DNA from: an uncultured Clostridia bacterium
Lineage (GTDB): Bacteria; Bacillota; Clostridia; TANB77; CAG-508
DNA: 50,884 bases
Reading direction: 5' to 3'
Assembly (NCBI GenBank): GCA_934162625.1
Contig: CAKPJM010000001.1
Coordinates: 1 to 50,884 of the forward strand
How positions within the stretch are numbered: the first letter of the stretch is position 1; each line of letters opens with the position of its first letter. The position numbers and the translations under genes were made by a program. Shown piece by piece: positions 1-7,631 of this stretch. The notes under the pieces are model-generated. The model worked only from the letters and a program-made list of their open reading frames with translations, searched no databases and was not told where the DNA came from.

Positions 1-79
1 AATGAGGAAATCTCAAAGGCAATAGCGATTATAGCATTTTTATATAGTAGGAAATGAGAAATTTCCTACTATATAAATA
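1..79 (+). repeat. R1 composite intergenic repeat, copy A (left part cut by window edge)
   Basis: GGAAATCTCAAAGGCAATAGCGATTATAGCA followed by a 15-bp-stem AT-rich hairpin (41-75). The same module recurs at 6064-6172, 13630-13745 and 42968-43075, all in the same orientation. Confidence 0.8.
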
Positions 80-82
80 CAT

Positions 83-111
83 AAAGGCAGGAACTTTAAA
101 TTCCTGCCTTT
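83..111 (-). terminator. Stem-loop just downstream of the hpf stop (possibly bidirectional)
   Basis: AAAGGCAGGAA-ctttaaa-TTCCTGCCTTT, 11-bp stem next to the hpf stop at 118. Confidence 0.45.
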
Positions 112-117
112 CTTGTT

Positions 118-651
118 TTACGCCTCTGGCTCTACTAAACCAAAATTTTTGTTATCTTTCATTTTGAATAGAACATTTACTTTGTTTGTTTCTTGATTTA
201 TAAATGTTATAAATCTATCTTGTGGTTTTTCTTGTAATTTTAATTTTGCATCTTCTGGTGTCATAGGTTTTATATCATAATAAATTGTTTTTATTATTTC
301 ATTTTCTATTGTATTTTCTTCTTTTAAATCTGCATTCATTGATTTTATAGAATCATCTTTGTTTGCTTTGTCTTTTCTTGTTTTTATTTTTCTAATTTGA
401 CCTTCTAATATATCTATGTCTCTATCTATAGAAGCATACATATCTTTATGTGCTGTTACCGCTCTATATGTATCTTGTTTTACTTTAACACTCATTTCTG
501 CAATTTGTTCTGTTTTTTCTGTTCTTATAGTAACTACAACATCAATGTCCCCTTCAAAGTATTTTTCTATTCTATCCATTTTTTTATCTAAATATTCTTG
601 TATTGCCTCTGTTGCTTTAACATCTTTACCTGTTATTTTAATATTTACCAT
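118..651 (-). CDS. hpf: Ribosome hibernation promoting factor, long form
   Basis: 177-aa ORF with a RaiA/HPF-like N-terminus (MVNIKITGKDVKATEAIQEYL) and the long-HPF C-terminal domain (VLFKMKDNKNFGLVEPE). RBS AAAGGAAG upstream. Confidence 0.9.
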   Translation of the reverse strand: MVNIKITGKDVKATEAIQEYLDKKMDRIEKYFEGDIDVVVTIRTEKTEQIAEMSVKVKQDTYRAVTAHKDMYASIDRDIDILEGQIRKIKTRKDKANKDDSIKSMNADLKEENTIENEIIKTIYYDIKPMTPEDAKLKLQEKPQDRFITFINQETNKVNVLFKMKDNKNFGLVEPEA

Positions 652-720
652 ATTAATCGCTTCCTTTCATTTGTTTTTTTTATTATAGCGTAAGCGAATT
701 AATTTTGCAACACATATTTT

Positions 721-1435
721 TTATTTATATTCTTTTTCTAGTTTTTCTCTTAAGTATATTTTAGAAATTATTTCTAGTTCTTTTATTGTTTCTTCTGGCA
801 CTTCAAAAGAAAAAATCTTTTTAGAATCTGCATATATTATATACCTTAAGGCATCTTTTGTAGTTGAACTAATTTCCATTGCCCCTTTATCTTGTTTACT
901 ACATGCATCACATTTTATTCCACTATCTTTAAAACTAAAATAGTTCAAATTTTCTTTTGTTTTGCAATTCTTGCATTCTTCTACTACTGGTCTATATCCT
1001 ATTATAGATAGCAGTCTTAATGTGAATACCGAATTTACTAGGCTTAAATTTTTTTCCGTTTCCGATATCATATACAATGTATTTAAATACAATTGTAGTA
1101 CTTTATATGTATTTTGATTTTCTGTTGTTACATCATTTATTATTTTTGTAATATGTGATGCATAATTTAATTTATCTAAATCTGTTCTTATGTTGTAAAA
1201 CAATTCTATTGTCTCACATGAGTTTATACTGTATGAGTTACTGCTTTTGTAAAGTAAATATTCTCCGAAGCACAGAAATTGAGTTGCAGCCATAAGCAAG
1301 CTTTTTGGCCTTCTTGCGCCTTTTGCTGCAGCCTCAATTTTACCGTATATTTGGAGTTAATATTGTAACTATTTTATCAAAATCTGATACCGTCTTTTCC
1401 GCTATTATTATTCCTTTTACTTTCAATAATTTCAT
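721..1435 (-). CDS. recO: DNA repair protein RecO; reading through needs one +1 shift at in-frame CGG (1345-1343)
   Basis: ATG at 1435 gives MKLLKVKGIIIAEKTVSDFDKIVTILTPNI, then CGG TAA. Skipping the C joins to GKIEAAAKGARRPKSLLMAATQF. C-terminal Cys motif CKNC...CDAC. Length 715 nt = 3n+1. era-yqzL-recO gene order. Confidence 0.85.
1343..1345 (-). other. In-frame CGG at +1 frame break (recO)
   Basis: 0 frame reads AAT ATA CGG TAA. AAT ATA c GGT AAA ATT GAG restores PNI-G-KIE. Confidence 0.8.
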
Positions 1436-1544
1436 TTTTTTCCGCCTTTATGTTTTGTTCTATTTCTGTTACTTGCTTTAGTTCTAAAAATGTATCTATA
1501 TTTCCTGTATTCTTAAAGGTATTCCATGCTATCTGCTTTATCAT
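1377..1544 (-). CDS. YqzL-like small protein (55 aa), not in the supplied ORF track; 3' end overlaps the recO start
   Basis: AAGGAG RBS, then ATG at 1544. MIKQIAWNTFKNTGNIDTFLELKQV resembles the W..F..TG.ID.YL motif of YqzL. It sits between era and recO, as in Bacillus. Confidence 0.55.
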   Translation of the reverse strand: MIKQIAWNTFKNTGNIDTFLELKQVTEIEQNIKAEKNEIIESKRNNNSGKDGIRF

Positions 1545-1626
1545 AAGTCTCATCTCCTTATAAATTGTGCAAATTTTGTCAACTTTATTTACACCTTTAA
1601 TTTTATCTTTTGTAAATTTATTTTTT

Positions 1627-2529
1627 TTATTCGCTTTTAAATCTTTTTAAAATGCTATTGTTGTCTTGCCAATTTTCTTTTACTTTTACCCAAATTTTTA
1701 AATTTGCTTTTGTTTGTAGCATTCTTTCTATGTCTTGTCTTGCATATGTTCCAATTCTTTTTAGCATACTTCCATTTTTGCCTATTACAATTCCTTTATG
1801 AGAATTTTTCAAAACACATATAGTAGCTTCTATGTCGTAAATTTCTTCGCCTTTTGTAGTCTCTCTTAATTTCATTTTTTCTACTTCTACTAATATACCA
1901 TGTGGAACTTCTTCGTCTAGCAATTTTAAGGCTTTTTCTCTAATTGTTTCTTCTACTAATTGTCTGGCTGTTTGGTCTGTATACTCTTCTATATCATAAT
2001 ATGCAGGTCCTTCTGGAAGGTGCTTTTCTATTTCATCTAGTATTTTATCTGTGTTTTCTCCGTTTGTTGCTGATATTGGTATGATTGCTTGGAATTCATA
2101 CTCTTTACTATATGTTTCAATTAAATTTAATAGTTTTTCTTTTTCTATTAGATCTATTTTATTTATTAGCAATATTGTTTTTGTCTTTTTTTCTTTTAGT
2201 TTTTCTATTATTAAACTATCACCTTTTCCTATTTTACTAGATGTTGCTTCTACAATGAATAATGTAATATCTGTTTCTGGTATTGTTCCCCATGCAGTTT
2301 CATTCATTGTTTCTCCAAGTTTTGTTCTTGGTTTATGTATTCCTGGCGTATCTATAAATATAATTTGGGAATTTTCTCTATTTACTATTGCTTTTATTGC
2401 AGTTCGTGTTGTTTGATTTTTATTTGCTGTTATTGCAACTTTTTCTCCTACAAGATTATTTATTAGTGTTGACTTTCCTACATTTGTTCTTCCTATTATT
2501 GAAACAAATCCTGATTTAAATTTTTCCAT
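1627..2529 (-). CDS. era: GTPase Era
   Basis: 300 aa with G1 GRTNVGKST, G3 DTPG, G4 NKID and a C-terminal KH domain (VLKNSHKGIVIGKNGSMLKRIG). Confidence 0.95.
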   Translation of the reverse strand: MEKFKSGFVSIIGRTNVGKSTLINNLVGEKVAITANKNQTTRTAIKAIVNRENSQIIFIDTPGIHKPRTKLGETMNETAWGTIPETDITLFIVEATSSKIGKGDSLIIEKLKEKKTKTILLINKIDLIEKEKLLNLIETYSKEYEFQAIIPISATNGENTDKILDEIEKHLPEGPAYYDIEEYTDQTARQLVEETIREKALKLLDEEVPHGILVEVEKMKLRETTKGEEIYDIEATICVLKNSHKGIVIGKNGSMLKRIGTYARQDIERMLQTKANLKIWVKVKENWQDNNSILKRFKSE

Positions 2530-2715
2530 TTTTACCTCGCCTAATTATTATATATTTTTTAAATTTAATTTTTTGTAAAAAAAAGTAAATAAGTTATTAT
2601 TTTTTATTTACCTTTTTTACTTGACAAAGCTATTTTACCATATTCTTTGTAGGAAAAAAAGAGAAAATGTAATTTGTATAAAGAAATTCATATAAATTAT
2701 GCTTTTTCTTACTAT

Positions 2716-2743
2716 TTACATATTTCTCCAAAAATAGTATAAT
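2716..2743 (+). promoter_or_regulatory. Putative sigma-A promoter for mutS2
   Basis: TTACAT-N16-TATAAT about 27 nt upstream of the ATG. AAGGAG RBS at 2755-2760. Confidence 0.35.
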
Positions 2744-2769
2744 ATCAATGTTTTAAGGAGATTGATGAA

Positions 2770-5106
2770 ATGAACTCAAAATATTTAGATAAATTAGAAT
2801 ATAATAAAATACTAGAAATGTTAGAGGGCTTTGCTAAAACATATTTAGGTAAAAATTTATGTAGAAGATTACATCCAAGTACCAATGTATCTTTTTTATT
2901 GGAGCAGACGAATCAGGCTTTTGGATTAATTTATAAAAAAGGAAGCTTGCCTCTTTCTTCTATTCCTAATATTGATATTGCAATTAAAAACCTTGAATCT
3001 AACTTTTCTTTAACAGCTTTAGATTTGTTGGAAATTGGTAGTATTTTAAAGGCTTCTAGAGAATTAAAAGAGTATTTTCTTGATGAATCTTGTGAGTTAA
3101 TACTGCCTTCTTATGACATGATATATGTTAATAAATTATTAGAAAAAGAAATTTTTGATAAAATTTTAGATGAAAACACTATTGCAGATAATGCTTCTTC
3201 GAAGTTAAACTCAATTAGAAAATCTCAAAAGAATTTAGGTTTAGAAATTAAAAATAAATTAAACACAATGGTTCATTCTGCTACATATTCAAAGTATCTT
3301 CAAGACAGCATTGTTACAATAAAAAATGAAAGATATGTAATTCCAGTAAAAGAAGAATATAGAGGTTTTGTTAAAGGATTTGTTCATGATGTTTCTTCAA
3401 GTGGTTCTACTGTTTTCATTGAGCCTCTTGCTGTTTTTGAACTTAACAACGAATTGAACAACTTAAAAGCTGAGGAAGCAATAGAAATTGCAAAGATTTT
3501 AACAGAGCTTTCTAGAAAACTTGTGCCAATTACTAATGAATTAAAAAACAATGTTGAATTAATCGGTCAAATTGATTTTATATTTGCTAAAGCAAGTTTT
3601 AGTAAAAAGTTAAATGGAATTAAGCCTGATATTAACAACAAGAAATATGTAAATTTAATTCAAGCGCGCCATCCTTTAATTGATGAAGGCAAAGTAGTTC
3701 CAATTGATATTTCTATTGGAGAAAACTATTCTTCTCTTATAATTACAGGGCCAAATACCGGTGGTAAAACTGTTTGTTTAAAAACTACAGGTTTATTGTT
3801 ATTGATGGCATATAGTGGAATTTTAATTCCTTGCAAAGAAAATAGTAGTATATATGTTTTTGATAATATTTTTGCAGATATTGGTGATGAACAAAGTATT
3901 AGTGAATCTTTAAGTACTTTTTCTTCTCATATTTTAAATATTGTTGATATTACTAAAATAGCGACTAAAAATAGTCTTATTCTTTTAGATGAGCTTGGTT
4001 CTGGTACTGACCCAATAGAGGGAAGTCGTTTAGCAATAAGCATTCTAGACTACTTTTATAATTTAGGTTCAATTGTAATTAGCACTACTCACTACGAAGA
4101 ATTAAAGCAATATGCAATTGTTACAAATGGTTTTGAAAATGCAAGTTTCGAATTTAACTTAGAAACTTTATCTCCAACATATAAATTATTAATTGGCATT
4201 CCTGGTAAAAGTAATGCTTTTGAAATAAGTAAAAGGCTTGGCTTAAAAGAAAGTATTTTAGAAAAGGCAAAATCATTAATTGATAATGATAATATTTGTA
4301 TAGAGGACTTATTAAAAGAAATTTATGATAATCAAATAGAAATTGAAAAAAAGAAAGATGAAACAACTAAAAATTTAAACCAAATAGAAATGCTTAGAAA
4401 AAAACTTGAAACTGATTATTCAGAGTATGAAGAAAAAGCTATCCTTATGGTTGAGAATGCCAAAAAAGAAGCTCGAGACATATTATTAGATGTTCAAGAT
4501 GAAGCAACACAAATAATAAAAGAAATGAACAATCTTTCAAAGAAAAATAGCAAAGCTTCTGTTCAAGAAATGTATGATTTAAAAAGTAAAGTAAATGATA
4601 AAATAAAAAATTTTTCTATGAACAGCAAAAATCAAAAAGGTAATTTAACACTAGATGAAATAAAAGTTGGAATGCAAGTATATGTTATTCCTCTTGGCAA
4701 AGTTGGAACTGTAATAAAATTTCCAAATGCTTCTTCTGAAATAGAAATTCAAGTAGGAAACCTAAAAACAAATATTGCTATTGATAAGCTTGTGAGAACA
4801 AAACAAGAAACTCAAAAAGTTATTCAACCTACTAAAAATAAATCAATAATAAAATCTAAAAACATATCTAACGAAATAAATGTAATTGGTTTAACAGTAG
4901 ATGAAGCAATTCCACTAGTAGACAAATATTTAGATGATGCAAATATTGCAAGATTGGAAACAGTTAGAATTGTTCATGGCAAAGGAACAGGAAAGCTAAA
5001 AGCTGGAATCCATGCTTTTTTAAAAAAGCATCCACATGTTAAATCTTATAGAATGGGTACATTTGGCGAGGGTGAAATGGGAGTAACTGTTGTAACAATA
5101 AAATAG
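2770..5106 (+). CDS. mutS2: Endonuclease MutS2 (MutS ATPase domain plus C-terminal Smr domain)
   Basis: 778 aa with Walker A GPNTGGKT, LLDELGSGTDP, and a C-terminal Smr domain (INVIGLTVDEA...VRIVHGKGTGKLK). Confidence 0.95.
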   Translation: MNSKYLDKLEYNKILEMLEGFAKTYLGKNLCRRLHPSTNVSFLLEQTNQAFGLIYKKGSLPLSSIPNIDIAIKNLESNFSLTALDLLEIGSILKASRELKEYFLDESCELILPSYDMIYVNKLLEKEIFDKILDENTIADNASSKLNSIRKSQKNLGLEIKNKLNTMVHSATYSKYLQDSIVTIKNERYVIPVKEEYRGFVKGFVHDVSSSGSTVFIEPLAVFELNNELNNLKAEEAIEIAKILTELSRKLVPITNELKNNVELIGQIDFIFAKASFSKKLNGIKPDINNKKYVNLIQARHPLIDEGKVVPIDISIGENYSSLIITGPNTGGKTVCLKTTGLLLLMAYSGILIPCKENSSIYVFDNIFADIGDEQSISESLSTFSSHILNIVDITKIATKNSLILLDELGSGTDPIEGSRLAISILDYFYNLGSIVISTTHYEELKQYAIVTNGFENASFEFNLETLSPTYKLLIGIPGKSNAFEISKRLGLKESILEKAKSLIDNDNICIEDLLKEIYDNQIEIEKKKDETTKNLNQIEMLRKKLETDYSEYEEKAILMVENAKKEARDILLDVQDEATQIIKEMNNLSKKNSKASVQEMYDLKSKVNDKIKNFSMNSKNQKGNLTLDEIKVGMQVYVIPLGKVGTVIKFPNASSEIEIQVGNLKTNIAIDKLVRTKQETQKVIQPTKNKSIIKSKNISNEINVIGLTVDEAIPLVDKYLDDANIARLETVRIVHGKGTGKLKAGIHAFLKKHPHVKSYRMGTFGEGEMGVTVVTIK

Positions 5107-5136
5107 GGAAAAAGGGGCCTGTCCCCTTTTTCCCTA
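5104..5136 (+). terminator. GC-rich palindrome after the mutS2 stop (member of the GGGGnCnGnCCCC hairpin family)
   Basis: AGGGAAAAAGGGG-cct-GTCCCCTTTTTCCCT. Nearly identical copy at 45305-45335. Confidence 0.6.
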
Positions 5137-5280
5137 TCCTTTTGAATTTTATCATAGAAAAATTTCTTTTACAATATATCATTATTAAATCATTTTAATA
5201 TATTGACTTTTTGAAAAATAATTGCTATTATAATTTTACATTAATTGGAAACACTTACAATTATTATTAAGGAGTATTGA

Positions 5281-6039
5281 ATGATAGTAAATAAATTAGA
5301 AAATGTTCAAACTATTTATATTAATATAGATGACTCTGGTAAATTAGTAAATGGAGAAAAAGTAGCTATATACGCAGGTCTTGTATTCACATCAAAAAAA
5401 GAAAAGGATAAATTTATAACCCAATATCGTAGTATTGTTCAAAATATAAGATGTAAATATTGCAATAAGAATGTTTCAATATGCAAATCAAATAAATCTT
5501 GTCCTGAATTGAAGCATAATATGTTAAAGCCAAAGCATAATAGACAATTAATGAACTATGTCAAAAAATATTCTATTTTATGTTGTTTAATAAATAACGA
5601 TAATATCTATCCAAACATAAAAAATAATACTGCCTCACGAGGTAGATTCCTAGACTATGCACTTAAAAGATTAATTAAGCAAACAATAAAAGGATTAATT
5701 AGAGAAAATATAATTAATCCTAATCTTCCTACAAAATTAGTTCTAAATATTGACGAACAAACCACAAAAACTAATGGATATTACAATTTAAAAGATGGAA
5801 TTGTTGAAGAATTGCAGTATGGAATATACAATTACAACTATAGTATGATTCACAAACCTATATTAAACTCTGATTTAGATGTAAAAGTATGTTATCAAAA
5901 GTCTGAAAAAAGTTATTTAATCCAAGCTTCTGATTTAGTCGCTGGTACTATTAGAAGAGCTTATTTAAATAATATTAAGGACATTACAGAATTCAACAAA
6001 AAGATTAGTTTTGTTAATTATCAATTGTTTTTGCCATAA
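5281..6039 (+). CDS. DUF3800-like protein with a Cys-rich insert
   Basis: 252 aa. The N-terminal YINIDDSG and C-terminal IQASDLVAGTIRR match the two signature motifs of DUF3800 as I recall them. Insert CKYCNKNVSICKSNKSCPELKH. Strong RBS AAGGAG. Confidence 0.55.
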   Translation: MIVNKLENVQTIYINIDDSGKLVNGEKVAIYAGLVFTSKKEKDKFITQYRSIVQNIRCKYCNKNVSICKSNKSCPELKHNMLKPKHNRQLMNYVKKYSILCCLINNDNIYPNIKNNTASRGRFLDYALKRLIKQTIKGLIRENIINPNLPTKLVLNIDEQTTKTNGYYNLKDGIVEELQYGIYNYNYSMIHKPILNSDLDVKVCYQKSEKSYLIQASDLVAGTIRRAYLNNIKDITEFNKKISFVNYQLFLP

Positions 6040-6065
6040 CAAAGCAACTTTAGTCGCCCTTTGTT
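6038..6065 (+). repeat. K hairpin repeat that starts on the stop codon of the DUF3800 gene
   Basis: AACAAAGCAACTTTAGTCGCCCTTTGTT. Second copy at 13432-13459, which also starts on a TAA stop. Confidence 0.7.
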
Positions 6066-6172
6066 CTCGCCGATTTGAGTTCCCGAAAGAAGTAAGGAAA
6101 TCTCAAAGGCAATAGCGATTATAGCATTTTTTATATACTAGGAAATTTCTCATTCCCTAGTATATAAAGAAA
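6064..6172 (+). repeat. R1 composite intergenic repeat, copy B (full length)
   Basis: CTCGCCGATTTGAGTTCCCG...GGAAATCTCAAAGGCAATAGCGATTATAGCA plus an AT hairpin at 6132-6166. The hairpin module is inverted relative to copies A and C. Confidence 0.85.
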
Positions 6173-6283
6173 AGAGGCTACCTTTGTAACCTCTCCCCAA
6201 TTGGACTGACGTACTTATCATACGCTTAATTATTAAAATCAGTTTCCAATTATCGACCGGACAAAGAGCTAAACTCTTTCGGT
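6166..6283 (-). ncRNA. Candidate small RNA (~118 nt) with its own promoter and terminator; family unknown
   Basis: Lies downstream of the promoter at 6290-6318. Two internal stem-loops (ACCGAAAGAG..CTCTTTGTCCGGT; AATTGG.ACTGA..TCAGTCCAATT). Ends in hairpin GAGGTTAC-aaag-GTAGCCTC plus TTTTCTTT, which pairs better on the minus strand (G-U). No convincing ORF or RBS. Confidence 0.4.
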
Positions 6284-6289
6284 ATAGTA

Positions 6290-6318
6290 ATTGTAGCATT
6301 TCAAACACAAAAAGTCAA
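6290..6318 (-). promoter_or_regulatory. Near-consensus sigma-A promoter on the minus strand
   Basis: TTGACT-N17-TACAAT read on the minus strand, immediately downstream of the cca stop. Confidence 0.5.
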
Positions 6319-6363
6319 CAATTACACTTTTATTTTATACAAATTAATTTATAATTATTCTTA

Positions 6364-7629
6364 TTATTTTTTAGTTCCCTGTACTTCTATTTTCTCCTTA
6401 ATCCATTTTACTCTTTCTTGATGTAGTTTTTCTCCAAATTCTTGTCCTTGTATGTTTTTATATTTTTTCTTTATATATTCTCCATTTATTTTTGTTAGTA
6501 GCTCTTGTCCTATTTGCTCAAATGTACATTTTTTTCTTTTTTCCTCACTTAAAGTTCCTGTTCTATTTTTATCACAATATACTACTATTTGCAATCCATG
6601 TAATCCTAACACGGATTTTTCTACTCGTTCTATAAAAGAAACTTGCTTTTCTGGAGTCATTTGACTAAATATTCCACCTCTCATGTGTTCTTTACATGAT
6701 GTAATCCCTGCTTTTTTCCATGATGTTGGAACTCCTATTCTATTAGACAATTTTCTTTCTGGTTCAACGCCTCTTTCGTCATGTCCGTAATGATGTGGTA
6801 ATATTTCTTTTGGCGTTAAGCCTTTTCCTAAATCGTGGACTAAACTTGCATATCGTATTTCTAAATTATCTGTTAATTTTGCACTATTATCAACTACTAT
6901 CATTGTATGATTATAGCTATCTCCTTCTGGATGATATTCTATTGGCTGGATACTTCCTATTAAATCATATATTTCCTTAAAATGTACATCTAAAACTCCT
7001 GCTTCTTTTAAAATATTAAAAAATATTGATGGTTTTTCTGTTGCCAATGCTTTTCTAAATTCGCAAAATACTCTTTCTTTTGATAATGAGTTTAATTCTC
7101 CTTTTAATTCATTCATCATATTTATAGTTGCCTGCTCCACTTTAAAATTCAGCTCGCTTGCAAATCTAGCTACTCTATATACTCTTAATGGATCTTCTTT
7201 AAAACTAGTGCTTGTTGCTTTTATTATCTTATTTTTTAAATCTTCTTGTCCATTGAATGGGTCTATTATTTCTTTAGTTAAAACATCTTGTGCAATTGAA
7301 TTAATTGTTATATCTCTCCTTAACAAATCTTCTTCAATTGTTATATTTTTATTTGTTGTAATCTCAAATTCTTTATGACCTTTTCCTATTTTTTTCTCTG
7401 TTCTAGCAAGTGCGAATTCATGTCCATTCAAATCAAAAACCTCAAAGGCTTTTCCCCTTATATGTGCATTTGGAAACAATCCTAAAAAATCTTGTTTTTC
7501 TAAACCAACTACACAATAATCTTCATCAAAAATAGGCCTATTTAATAGTTTATCTCTAAGTGCCCCTCCTACTAAATAAAGCCTGCCTCCATGATTTTCA
7601 ATTAATTTTGCAATTTCTAGAGCTTCCAT
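6364..7629 (-). CDS. cca: CCA-adding tRNA nucleotidyltransferase with HD domain
   Basis: LVGGALRDKLLNRP head domain, RRDITINS, EDPLRVYRVARF, HD motif LVHDLGK. I prefer the ATG at 7629 (MEALEIAK); the track start at 7665 would overlap the upstream gene. Confidence 0.85.
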   Translation of the reverse strand: MEALEIAKLIENHGGRLYLVGGALRDKLLNRPIFDEDYCVVGLEKQDFLGLFPNAHIRGKAFEVFDLNGHEFALARTEKKIGKGHKEFEITTNKNITIEEDLLRRDITINSIAQDVLTKEIIDPFNGQEDLKNKIIKATSTSFKEDPLRVYRVARFASELNFKVEQATINMMNELKGELNSLSKERVFCEFRKALATEKPSIFFNILKEAGVLDVHFKEIYDLIGSIQPIEYHPEGDSYNHTMIVVDNSAKLTDNLEIRYASLVHDLGKGLTPKEILPHHYGHDERGVEPERKLSNRIGVPTSWKKAGITSCKEHMRGGIFSQMTPEKQVSFIERVEKSVLGLHGLQIVVYCDKNRTGTLSEEKRKKCTFEQIGQELLTKINGEYIKKKYKNIQGQEFGEKLHQERVKWIKEKIEVQGTKK

Positions 7630-7631
7630 GT

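Noticed and set aside
6166-6283. The candidate small RNA as the special decoder tRNA for CGGN; it contains UCCGG.
   Set aside because: I could not fold it into a cloverleaf. It has no acceptor/T-arm features (no GTTCNANNC-like T loop), and its length and stems do not fit a tRNA.
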